From assembly GCA_002104905.1 (NCBI GenBank), contig MCFE01000432.1:1-64000 (forward strand): 64,000 nucleotides of DNA. Direction: 5' to 3'. Source of the DNA: Basidiobolus meristosporus CBS 931.73 (Eukaryota > Fungi > Basidiobolomycota). Of this stretch, positions 36,699-47,359 are shown one piece after another (the first letter of the stretch is position 1; each line of letters starts with the position of its first letter). The translations under genes were made by a program, and so were the position numbers. The notes beneath the pieces were generated by a model, which had not been told where the DNA came from, did not search any database, and saw only the letters and a list, made by a program, of their open reading frames with translations.

Positions 36699-37967
36699 CT
36701 AGTTGGACAAAGCAGTGATCAAATTTTTCACTGCATCAATGGTGCCCAGGACGCAGCTAACCATGCCAACAACAATGATGATGGCACAGAGGATCAACTC
36801 GTACCAGCGGATGTTTCTCCATCCGTAGAGCTTCAGATAGAAGACGACTGGGAACACGAAGATGATCTGGCAGTTGGTGAGGGCTCCGACAAGTGACATG
36901 AAGTCTCCGAATGCTGGGACAAACATCGACACCAAGGCGAACAGAACCATTAGTCCGGTGCGCAACACTGGGCGGACTATCCTTTGCTTTGTTTGTGACA
37001 TGCACTCGTCGTTGATACGAAGCCACTTCTCGATATCAAGGGAAAAGCTGATCAACAGAATGGGCGCTGCGAACAATACGTGGATGGTGATGGCGGCGGT
37101 GGCAGCGAAGGTCAGGGGGGCGCCTTGGGGGAAATTCTGGAAGATCGGGGAATTGACCGAGTTTCCGTAAGCTAGGTATCCAATCACGCCAGCCAACATA
37201 TACAAAACCAGGGTGGTGACCATGGCGCAGGTCAGGATCTTTGTCCAGGATTTAGGGGTCTTCATGGTTTTTTCGACGGCTGGGAAGACGGGACTACCTC
37301 CAAACGACAGACTGATGGATGCTAGAGCGATTGGGATCCCGGAAACATGAACGAATTCGTGTTTGTATTGCTTGCTCTCGTCCAAGTGGCCAATGCCGAC
37401 AATGAGAATGACCACCACTGTGAAGACGGTGGCGAGGGTACCGAACACAGCCAAGATCTCAACCTCCTTCATGGTCTTGAAGATCACGAATGGCACCCAG
37501 ATAACAACCGCGGCAATGATGGTCCATACTTTGAGAGACAAGTGTACGCTAGTCTGGTCGATCATGTCCTTCATGTTGATACCAATCAACATAATGAAGG
37601 CACATCCAACGCCGAAGTAGAAGCACAAAAGAAACACCTCGACTAGATATTTTCCGAATTTTCCAAAGGCCGCCTCGCCAATAGCAGAATAGCCGGAAAG
37701 TCTGCTCTTGCCGTCGTAGTATAAGCATTTGACCAAAACGTGACCGGTGTAGATGCAGAGGAAGCAAGAAAATACGGTAAGAAAAGCAGCGAACCAGCCA
37801 CTTTGGTTGAAGGCATAGGCCATCTGAACGACACCCATACCAGCAATGACGCATACGACATTGAAGTAAGCGCCGAAGTTGGAGCTAGTGCCAGCATGAG
37901 GATCGTTATTCACCTCAAACGAAAGGTCTTTTTCGTAGGTGTTCTTTTCGTCAAAATCAGTTGACAT
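36699..37967 (-). CDS. Amino-acid transporter (Aa_trans, Avt1-like), convergent paralog of 34981-36231
   Basis: Same motifs; C-terminal ~65 aa identical to the neighbour. Confidence 0.93.
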   Translation of the reverse strand: MSTDFDEKNTYEKDLSFEVNNDPHAGTSSNFGAYFNVVCVIAGMGVVQMAYAFNQSGWFAAFLTVFSCFLCIYTGHVLVKCLYYDGKSRLSGYSAIGEAAFGKFGKYLVEVFLLCFYFGVGCAFIMLIGINMKDMIDQTSVHLSLKVWTIIAAVVIWVPFVIFKTMKEVEILAVFGTLATVFTVVVILIVGIGHLDESKQYKHEFVHVSGIPIALASISLSFGGSPVFPAVEKTMKTPKSWTKILTCAMVTTLVLYMLAGVIGYLAYGNSVNSPIFQNFPQGAPLTFAATAAITIHVLFAAPILLISFSLDIEKWLRINDECMSQTKQRIVRPVLRTGLMVLFALVSMFVPAFGDFMSLVGALTNCQIIFVFPVVFYLKLYGWRNIRWYELILCAIIIVVGMVSCVLGTIDAVKNLITALSN

Positions 37968-39123
37968 TTCGAGATATGGTGTGGATCGGAGTTTGTAACG
38001 TGTGGCAGAAAGGTTCTTGTGTTAGATTGAGCCAAGTGTACTAGAAAGTGGATAGATATTATCAAATCTGGGTATGAACACAAGGAGGCGATGACCGGTT
38101 TTTAAAGAATTTCAGAAACGCCTTGTCAAAGCCAATTTAACTTTAGTAAACGTTATCTACTAGTGATCATCAACCAATGTAAATAAGCCCAACTGGAGAA
38201 AAGAAGTTTCCTGTCCTACTTTCAATAATTGACATGTAAGGCTAGTGGCCCAATCTTATTGGGTCAATCCCGAATCTCAAGATTATGACTCAAAGAGTGT
38301 GGAAAAAAATTGGACAGGAAAGGGAACGTGGATCAAGAGCTTGCACCAAATGTTTAAATCCATTCAGACCAGTGTTCCTGTTCGGTAATTCGCTCTCAGT
38401 AGCCGATTTCAATTGGAAGATGAATGAATGATTATGATACACCAGAGTACTGAGGCCTATTATGGAAGGGTTCACGTTTCTAATCATGAGACTAAAGTAT
38501 GTAGTTGTCCCAAGAAGTGGATTAATATTACTTGAAATATCCTATCGATTCTACCACCAATTTTACCACTCCATCAAATAGCTCACCTCTGTTACCCGGT
38601 AACATTATGCTATCATATCGCGTCATACGTGGAACACTTGAATCCGGATTGAAACCAATCCTGCTTAGTTTACTCTTCCTCAATGCATCATTTTAATCAT
38701 ACATCAGTTGGGCTGAGATTGAAAATCTCACATCCATTAACATGCGCTTTACCCTTCGTGGTAGGTGTGCACAATAGGGATCATTCAAAGTAGACTGACA
38801 TCGAGTTTATGCTGACTTGGAGGTTAGGTAGCTGGAGTCACTATTGACGTTAAAAGCGTAGCATCCCTATCATTGGAACGTCATCAAATGCGTATGATGG
38901 GATTGGCCAAGAAAAAACAAACAATTCACATGAAAATACGGCAAAGTTTGATCATTCATTTCGCTATAGGAGCTAAACATGCCAAATTTATCATGTGTTG
39001 CTATTGTGTAAATTCTCTGATCTCACCAGCAAATCATTTCATTTTAAGCTGGATGTATTTCCGTTGTTGGTTACGTTAAGCAAGCGCCTTACAACTTCGC
39101 TTTGTACTCAGACTCAGTAAAAC

Positions 39124-40316
39124 ATGGACAAACTCAAGGAAGTAAGTTCACTATTCCATCACCAGGGGCCCCTTCATATTTTTTATGTTTTGAGGATAGC
39201 AGCTTTGATGCGTATTGATTTGGGCTTTCTACTACACAACATACTGCAGTAATTTGGATGTCTTCATCCACTGCTGGTCCACACTTTCCATTAGCAGCGT
39301 GTTGACTTTTTTGCATCTATAGAGAATCAACACACTTCGTGCCGAGGCTGATGCAGCTGCCACTCGCGCCGAAGAAGCGGAAGCCCTAGTGAAGAAGTTG
39401 AACGCCACTCAACTTGACCATGACCAAGAAATCATTGGTTTCCAGAAGAAGATTCAATTGTTGGAAGAACAGTTGGACAAAGCAGAAGAGAGATTGGTCG
39501 AGTCCAAGGCCTCTAACGAAGCAACTGAAGACCATAGAAGCCTGAACGATTCCTTGAGTAAGAAGTTGTCCATGGTGGAGGACAAGTTGGAGGAGACCGA
39601 AACCAAACTTAAGGAGGCCACCGAGAAGTAAGTGTTATTGTGCGGGTGAAGCTCCCTCACTCTTATCAATGGCGGTGTGGCTCACCCTAAATCTTCTTGG
39701 TAGACTTCGTGACATCGATTTGAAGGCAGAGCAGGCTGAGCGTAAAGTCCAGCAACTCGAGAACGAGAAGATTGAACTGGAGAACAAGTCAGTATATTTG
39801 TGTGGTATCTTATCATTTGTGGAATGGAGCCTAACGCTTTAGCAATTAGACTCCAAGAAGCACCCAACCCTAATGTCAACAACCACGAGCGGGACCAAGA
39901 GCTTATCGCACTACAAAGTAAGCTGAGCATGTTGCAAATCGAGCTGGATCGTACCGAAGAAAAACTCGAGAGCGCCAAATCCACTCGTGTTGGCGAAGAT
40001 CAAAGCAAGACTGAGATCGAGGCTAGAGACAAGAAGATTGGCTTGCTTGAGGATGATCTCGAGGAAACCAAGAACAAGTTGCGTGAATCCAATGAGAAGT
40101 GAGTGTGCTCTAATACGATCCCTTCAACAACCGTGTCCTTACTGTCTTTTTAGAACTCGTGACCTGGACCTGAAGTGTGAGCAGCTAGAGCGCCGTGTAC
40201 AACAGATGGAGAACGAGAAAGACAAGTTGGAGAAGAAGTTGGAGGAGGCACAGGAGAAATACAACGAGGTTCGCAAGGAGCTGGATGATACTTTGAAGAC
40301 AATCGAAGAGATGTAA
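39124..40316 (+). CDS. Tropomyosin with internal duplication (5 exons, 272 aa; 161 aa if exons 3 and 4 are skipped)
   Basis: MDKLKE|RINTLRAEADAA N-terminus typical of fungal tropomyosin; exons 39124-39141, 39323-39627, 39704-39787, 39850-40098, 40154-40316; heptad coiled coil; ends LDDTLKTIEEM*. Confidence 0.9.
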
Positions 40317-40554
40317 ACCCCCTATTTTGTATCCTGCCAAGAAGCATTCATACTCCTGCTTATTTTAAATCATCGCCACATCCACTCCGCACCAACCGAT
40401 GTAAATAAACCTATGTTTGTTGATGCGATCGAAGCAAGCACCAGAAGTATGCAGTTCAAGGGATCTTTATATATCAATTTATCCAAGGAAATCGAAGGGA
40501 CATGTATGGTAGGGATGTGTAATGGCGAATTCTAGTGGGCCAAGGTCATGAGGC

Positions 40555-42855
40555 TCATTCCGAAGCGGTGGAGATGAATTCAATGATGCTTGGTGCTGAG
40601 CGCTCATTGATGTTGAATGGACCTGGTGGACTGCTTTGGGCCAGGGTGATATATGCCTTTCGCAGGTCAACACATTTCTTGCCACAAAATACCCCCGATT
40701 AGTCTCGTGACTGAGGTAGAAACTTGCAAGCATAAACATCTTACCTCCTCGTCGTCTAGCTCCTTTGTTCCGATCTTGCACATTTTCTCGGCCCAATCGT
40801 TCACCAATTTCAGCACTTCGGGGGACTGACTGTTGATTCCAAAGGACTGGACTTCGGTCAAAAACTTCACCCCTTGGGTATGTGCAAAGATGCTCCACTC
40901 GGTACAGCGAATAAAGAAGTCCTCCACGAGGATCTTTTGTAACTTTCTGGATCCCAAAATTACATTGATCGACTGAACCAGCAGAGAGAGTATAGACTGG
41001 AACAGATCTTCGTAGCTGCTAGGGTTTGTAGGAAGCACCTGAAAGAGAACGGGTGCGATTCGATTGAAGGCAACCAGATCGCTCTCGTAGAGACGATCCA
41101 ATGCATATTGGCAGAAAATCTGGTCGAAACGGCCGCGTCAGTGTGGATGGAGATGTCTGGTAAGCTGCATGAAAAATCACCTTTCTCGCCACTTCGCTCC
41201 TCCCCAAGACGGCAATCTCGCTCTCGGTCAACGCCTCCGCCAACACCTCTTCATCCTCCACGGCGTTGTTTTTCTTCGCGTGCTCCTCGCGGTGGATGTC
41301 GTCGGTAATCAGGCCCACCATGGCCGAGTAGAATTTGGACGTGACCTCCTTGTCAACCTTGGGGATCTTGAAGCTCCTCGTCTGAATCATGATTCTGGCA
41401 TGGTATCCCAGATTCAGGATAGTGGAGGTCCAAATGATGTTTCTTTCAGACTGAAATCAAAAATGTGGGTGAGGCTTTGCTGCGGCGTAGGGGCTGAAAT
41501 GGTGATTACCTTGGGCTCAAGCTGCTTGGATGCTGCCGTGTGAAGTAAATGCAATAGCTGAAGAGAGAGCATATTTGCGGTGAACGGGCCAAGCAGTATC
41601 ATGGCAATATCGCTAAGAACGTATCGGGTTACTCATCGAGATGGCGGTGTGAAACATACGCGAGGGGATCTATACCCATATACTGGATCCTCCTTCACCA
41701 CACCGTCAAAGAACTTCTGCATATCGCGCACTCGTCGTTCGTCCATCGATTGTGTGCGAATACATGCGTCCAGCGCCCAGACAAGCTGATGACATGGATC
41801 CTTTTCATAAATCTACAGAGATTCCGGGGGGTGAGTACCGGGGGATTCAACGCAGCCTCGCACTCCAACTTACCTCGTTTACATCCGCCTCATGCATAGC
41901 CATTAACAGGTCGAATCTCAAAGTACAATAGTTGGTGTAACCGGTGCTAAGAAACAAGGTTCTCAAAAACCCTAAAACTAGATCATATAAAGTAATATTT
42001 GTCCCGATTACATGAACCAAATCTTTGATGGTTGAATGCTCGCGGCTGGGCCGATGTGTTAGAAAGGTCGCTCGCAGGAGCCAAACGGGAAACCCATCTC
42101 ACCGAAGTTTGGTTATCTTCACTACGTCCTTGTGTCTCAACTCCCTTCCTATTCCATAATGGTCCATGTCGTAATGGTATCGCTGTAGCTTCGGGACAAC
42201 GTAATCACTGAAGAGCGTATTATCATTCAACCACAGTTGACGTTTCACTTCCACGGGACATTCAGCGTAAACCTCGGCTTGTTGTGATATACTCTCGAGA
42301 ACATCCTTTGGAATACGCTCTGGGTGTTTACTCAGCAGTTTCATAGGGACTTCTCTTAACTCCTTCAAGTGAATGTACGTCAAAGTTTTCTTCAGAAGCT
42401 TCTGGAACCTAAAGTGCATTTGGTTGAGCCTTTGGGTGCGTTGTATATCTCCACTATGTAGGATGAATCCAATAATACCTCTCTTCGTCCAGATCCTCTT
42501 TCTGTATTTTTTCCAGCATCCGAGTTTTCATCGAATCCAGAAACGCGCCATGCATCTCAGCACGGCTGTATTCCAGATGGTCAAGCAGCGGATAGATTGC
42601 CTGTATGTTTGGTAGTAAAAGAAGAAAGCAAAAAAGGATCATAGGTCATTTAAATCTATTGACGAATAGTGTGGTATGTTGCAAGCTTGAAAACAGTATA
42701 ACAATTTGACGAAAGGTATCATCCAATCCATATTTCGCGCGAATTTCTGCTATAACTATCTTGGGGTCATTCAGCGACAGGGAATTCTTCACATGTTGCC
42801 CACCTTCCACACCAACTAAATAGTGTTTGGGCTCGGTCTCCATTGGATCTGACAT
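40555..42855 (-). CDS. NELFB: Negative elongation factor B (COBRA1) homolog, multi-exon
   Basis: YAECPVEVKRQLWLNDNTLFSDYVVPKLQRY, LRSRLLMALHE and DPCHQLVWALDACIRTQSMDERRVRDMQKFFDGV match my recollection of human NELF-B blocks (YRACAVEVKRQIWQDNQALFGDEV; DPCHKFTWCLDACIRER). Confidence 0.85.
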
Positions 42856-43173
42856 AATGATTCTACTGTGTGGTTTTTCGGTGTGTATCGTATTCGTGGT
42901 TCTCTGTGGCGTGAGTGTGCTCAAGTACCTGTCGAAGAAAATGTCGAGTCAAAGGACTTACTTTACTAGGCCTATAACCAAGTGTTGTTTCGGAATTTTC
43001 CAAGGAAATTTTTACTTACTATTACTTCATCCAAAGGTAAGATAGTCCTCACCCTACATCTCAATTTAATCAATTTAGTCATATTCTCAACTGGAATTGC
43101 ATTAAACTTAAACCTGAAATTCCCTTCGATTTTGCTTTTTTTCCTCCTCAAACAATTCAATTAAATTTCACCA

Positions 43174-43253
43174 ACGCGTTATATCATACTACACGAAACG
43201 CGTGGATCGCTAATCGAAATGGATATGATTTCAATTTAGAAGGCTGATTGGTC
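43174..43253. promoter_or_regulatory. MCB (ACGCGT x2), overlapping SCB (CACGAAA) and reverse CCAAT box upstream of H2A
   Basis: ACGCGT at 43174 and 43198; CACGAAA at 43192; ATTGG at ~43247. Confidence 0.45.
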
Positions 43254-43336
43254 GAAGTTTGTATTGGATGCAGTCTATATATTGCAGTGACCTTCGTTCT
43301 CAAACTTCACAAACACATCTTGTCCTCAATATCAAA

Positions 43337-43735
43337 ATGTCTGGCAAAGCTGGTGGTAAGAGCGGTAAAGCTGTAAGCGGTGGTTCCAAGTCCCGTTCCT
43401 CAAAGGCCGGACTTCAGTTCCCAGTCGGTCGTATCCATCGTCACTTGCGTAAGGGCAACTACTCCCAGCGTATTGCTGCTGGTGCACCAGTCTACTTGGC
43501 TGCCGTATTGGAGTACCTCGCGGCCGAAATCCTCGAGTTGGCAGGAAACGCCGCCCGCGACAACAAGAAGACAAGAATCATTCCTCGTCACTTGCAACTG
43601 GCCATCAGAAACGATGAAGAGTTGAACAAACTGCTGTCAAACGTCACTATTGCACAAGGTGGTGTTCTGCCCAACATTCATGGATCGCTTCTTCCCAAGA
43701 AGTCCAAGAAGGAAGGCGAATCCCAAGAGCTGTAA
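43337..43735 (+). CDS. HTA: Histone H2A with C-terminal SQEL (H2A.X-type) motif
   Basis: [17 protein letters not shown]…[41 protein letters not shown]…ESQEL*; ATG at 43337. Confidence 0.98.
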   Translation: MSGKAGGKSGKAVSGGSKSRSSKAGLQFPVGRIHRHLRKGNYSQRIAAGAPVYLAAVLEYLAAEILELAGNAARDNKKTRIIPRHLQLAIRNDEELNKLLSNVTIAQGGVLPNIHGSLLPKKSKKEGESQEL

Positions 43736-43904
43736 GTGGGAAAACCTACATAATTGTAGTATGCACCTCTCAAGAGGTCCACATCATTCTGTCCATGTAT
43801 AGTGTTCTTATAGTTGTATTAACGAAATTAAATAATAGCCAAGTGCATTTAAAAACTTTATATGAAGTTCATAATGTAACCACGTTTATTAGAGACGATT
43901 GAAT

Positions 43905-44437
43905 TTACAGCTTTTGAATAATGGCTTCGCTGGATTTTTTAACCTCGTCGATGGAGGGTGACTTGGCGGGCCAGCGGATACCTAATCCCTCAGCTTCGTT
44001 AGGCTTGGGAATGACGTGGAAGTGCACATGTGGTACAACTTGATGGGCAAGAGAGCCGTTATTCTATTACATAATATTAGCAAGAATTGAGAAAGAATTG
44101 ACAATGCATGGCGTACCTGCAAGATGTTGTAGTTTTTAGCACCAATAGCTAAGGCAACCTTCTTAGCTAATGGAAGCATATCAGCCAAATATTCGTCAGG
44201 GACCTCATGAGCAAATTGAGCGTGGTCTATCATGGACATACAATTTAACGTATTGTTTGAAACGATACAGGTTTGTTATCAGTACTTACACTTGGGGATA
44301 ATCAATGTGTGTCCTTCAGAGAGTGGTTGAATATCCATGAAGGCATAACTCAAGTCAGTCTCGATTACTTTGCAAGAGGGGATTTCACCACGAATAATCT
44401 TGCAAAAGATGCAATCATCAGCAAGTTTCTGGGACAT
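43905..44437 (-). CDS. HNT1: HIT-family nucleotide hydrolase (Hnt1/HINT), multi-exon
   Basis: DDCIFCKIIRGEIPS..AFMDIQPLSEGHTL; NNGSLAHQVVPHVHFHVIPKP histidine triad. Confidence 0.93.
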
Positions 44438-44849
44438 GGTGTAGTGGTAGCTTATGAATATAAGGTGGAGTTCAGTGAATGGGAAATGGTTGATTAATAT
44501 ATGTCCAAATTGTTTGCGTCATCAGCAAATCTACTAAATTTGGGGTTTACGGGCTCTCCATATTTACTGATTTACACATCGTTTTCTGAGGTGAATGATG
44601 AGAATGGAAGGTATTAGAGAAACCAAAGTGTCTTAGTTCTTGATTATATCCTGTTTGTTTCTTCGGAATTGTAACTCAACAGGTATGATATCGGAGTACA
44701 AATGCGAATATCATTCAAGCCTCATTTTTCATGGAAATCATTAAATCGTGCTATAGGTAACCAATCTAATATCGAGATAAATAACGGTGCTTCTTTGGTG
44801 GTATATGCCTATTCGTCAGTTTATAGCTAGACTCGATTTAAGTATCGGA

Positions 44850-44922
44850 GGGGCATTGGCCTAATGGATAAGGCATCAGACTTCGGATCTGGGGATTGTG
44901 GGTTCGAGTCCCATGTGCCTCG
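44850..44922 (+). tRNA. tRNA-Arg (anticodon TCG)
   Basis: GGGGCAT/GTGCCTC stem; D-arm TGGCCTAATGGATAAGGC; TCAGA-CTTCGGA-TCTGG; T-loop GGTTCGAGTCC. Confidence 0.95.
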
Positions 44923-45089
44923 TATAATTTTTTTTGTAAATAGTGAATTTCTTCCATGTCCGTATCATTGTTTACAATCTAAATATCGCAATAAACAGGT
45001 TGACGATTGCCTTGGTATGCATTCAATCAAATCTGATCTGTCATTGAAAAGTAGGGGGATGCGTTTAGTAAAGAGCACTTGTATATTCT

Positions 45090-46814
45090 ATGGAGACGTT
45101 GCCCAGTGAAGTATTGTTTTATATTTTTCATGAGGTAGACGACATTTCCCTGTGCTTTCGAAGCCTACTTCAAACGAATAGACGGTTGTTTGGTCGCCTT
45201 CTTGGCAACCATACCTTCTGGTATCGACAATGGTTGCTCTGCTTCAGTACTGAGCTAGGCACTTCCGAGCGTACCAGTTGTCGTCGATTCATTTCGGAGA
45301 AAGATTCTAAAGAGAAAAGGGATTTACTTCACAAGAGTTCTGGCTCTGCTACCAATGCCATCACTCCTGAAATATCGGACTGGTTCTGGTTGTTTCGGGC
45401 ACGCGCAATGTTGACACATGCTTGGGTTAAGAGGCGGTTTCAGACCCAAATCTTCGATAAGCCTTCTAATTCTAGAGTATTCCTGGTAGACAATAACCCA
45501 GATCTACTTGGTATATTGTCTCCTCGGCTCTCCCTGTTGACCATCCAATCGCTAAGAGATGAAAAAAAGTATTGTGTCGAACTTCCTCCTAGGATAGAGG
45601 AAGTATGCTTTCTAGTTTCGGACGGCTCGTGGGTGCTTACTGATATTCGCTCGCGGAAAAACAGAGAAGCAACTGCTGTCGATCGTGTAATCAATGTTGT
45701 TAGCCTCAAAACAAGCGCCTCTTGCAACATACGCCTTAATCCTCAACAGGTCGAAAATGGATTCTTAGCGTTTAGAGAGCCCATGTTGATATTGGAAAAA
45801 AGTAGCGACTCCATCCCAGAATGTGCCATTGTCGATGTCAGGAATAGAGCATATCCGCCATTGACTATAGGTATTGAGCCTCAAGCCATCGGGGTTCTTG
45901 AGGAAAAATCAGGTACGGAGGAGAACAAGGTACAACTGGAATCGTACGCGATCGAGGAGGCCTTGCTTCATCCTCAGTTGCCAATTGTTATGGTGATTGC
46001 TTCTGGACAAGTCCACTTTTACATGTATCACGGAGAAATCGGCGCTAGAAAACATGCAACTCTTCTTCTTAACATTGACCTGAATTCGCAGGTTACTGAT
46101 CATTATTGGAACAAATTCGAGCTCCCGGCTGTGATATGGCAAAAGCAACCAGACCGTCAAAGCGGGTACATCGATGATTCTTGTGCAATAATTACCTGGC
46201 TTGTGCACCCTCTTGACCCATTTGTGACGTCAACGAATAGTGGGGTGTATTGCATGAAGATCAGCATTGATTCTAGGAGAGGCACTGATATCAAATGCCA
46301 GACTTGTGGCGAGCACCATAGGATTCCTAAACTCCAAGTCGACTGGCGCACGCGCTTTGTGGTGAAGTTATGGACAGAGCTTAATGATGAGAGACGCTAC
46401 GACAAGAATCAAATCTTTTCTTTTAATCCAAGAAATCTTTTGTCCATTGGCATTCGGACGCAATCCAAGTTCGTGTTCCTGATGTTAACTCTGAGCTCTG
46501 GGAAGTTCTGCAGGTCTGCTGAGGTCGAGGTGCTATCCAAATACTCCAAATATCACGTCGCCAAATTCCCCAACATCAAACCAATGCTATCAATCTTGAA
46601 CAAACAACTCTGCCAGGTCGAGTTTCTCTGCTGCGAAACTGGGTGCTTGGTCAATTCATGGAGCTTCCGAGATAACACAAAGAGCCCCAGAAAGCTGAAA
46701 AGACACACAAGGCACATTAATGTTGCAAATGTTAGTGAAGAGGCTTTCATTGTTTCTCCTCAATTACACTATTTGTTCTTCGGGGAAAATGTCCATCGTA
46801 GAATTATGAGATAG
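45090..46814 (+). CDS. F-box protein with an unassigned, beta-rich C-terminal region (intronless)
   Basis: N-terminal LPSEVLFYIFHEVD..L..LLQTNRRL…FW F-box-like motif; 574-aa open ORF. Confidence 0.65.
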   Translation: METLPSEVLFYIFHEVDDISLCFRSLLQTNRRLFGRLLGNHTFWYRQWLLCFSTELGTSERTSCRRFISEKDSKEKRDLLHKSSGSATNAITPEISDWFWLFRARAMLTHAWVKRRFQTQIFDKPSNSRVFLVDNNPDLLGILSPRLSLLTIQSLRDEKKYCVELPPRIEEVCFLVSDGSWVLTDIRSRKNREATAVDRVINVVSLKTSASCNIRLNPQQVENGFLAFREPMLILEKSSDSIPECAIVDVRNRAYPPLTIGIEPQAIGVLEEKSGTEENKVQLESYAIEEALLHPQLPIVMVIASGQVHFYMYHGEIGARKHATLLLNIDLNSQVTDHYWNKFELPAVIWQKQPDRQSGYIDDSCAIITWLVHPLDPFVTSTNSGVYCMKISIDSRRGTDIKCQTCGEHHRIPKLQVDWRTRFVVKLWTELNDERRYDKNQIFSFNPRNLLSIGIRTQSKFVFLMLTLSSGKFCRSAEVEVLSKYSKYHVAKFPNIKPMLSILNKQLCQVEFLCCETGCLVNSWSFRDNTKSPRKLKRHTRHINVANVSEEAFIVSPQLHYLFFGENVHRRIMR

Positions 46815-47359
46815 CCATATGCCTCGGTCCTTGCACGTGCCAGTCAACATGGTTGGAAATCAGCCAAATAAAGCCACATTCACCGGCAGACAACCAAGGG
46901 AGAGGAAATGCGTAGTGGTTTCACCGGAAGAGGCGCATTTTATTGGCGCATATCATTGACCGGAATGGAAGTATTGTTGGGTATTGATCTATTTCAATGG
47001 GACGCTGTCTTGAAGCCGCTCTGGTAAAAATGAGCTAGATTTGGTAGCCAGATGATCCTTCTCCACAAAATATAATGAGCTTCGAATGTTCCAATCAAGC
47101 AAATTCTCCAAATCAGTTAGCCATTAATCACTTTTGCCGGGTTGGAGGACAAGTTGTAACTTTATCTGTAGCTTATCCCGAAGAAGGCATATTGTCTTTT
47201 TTCAAGGTTTGCCAATTCTATTAAGAAGAGCTAGAGCTGACAAAAAATATAACCTTCCTTCTATGGTATTGATCCACGAAGAACTCGAGTGGTGATAAAT
47301 ACTCCTCGGCACTCTTGTGAGTCAGCACATAATTCTCTTCTCTCTGAAAACCCTACAAG

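Noticed and set aside
20724-37967. A dedicated amino-acid metabolic gene cluster (three Aa_trans genes + BCAT + TF)
   Set aside because: The genes are separated by TE islands and long spacers, and these families are common; no shared regulatory motif seen.
43259-43336. N-terminal extension on H2A (and upstream extensions on PPR, Prx and Aa_trans ORFs)
   Set aside because: The ORF-caller used upstream TTG/GTG or distal starts; homology begins at the downstream ATG.
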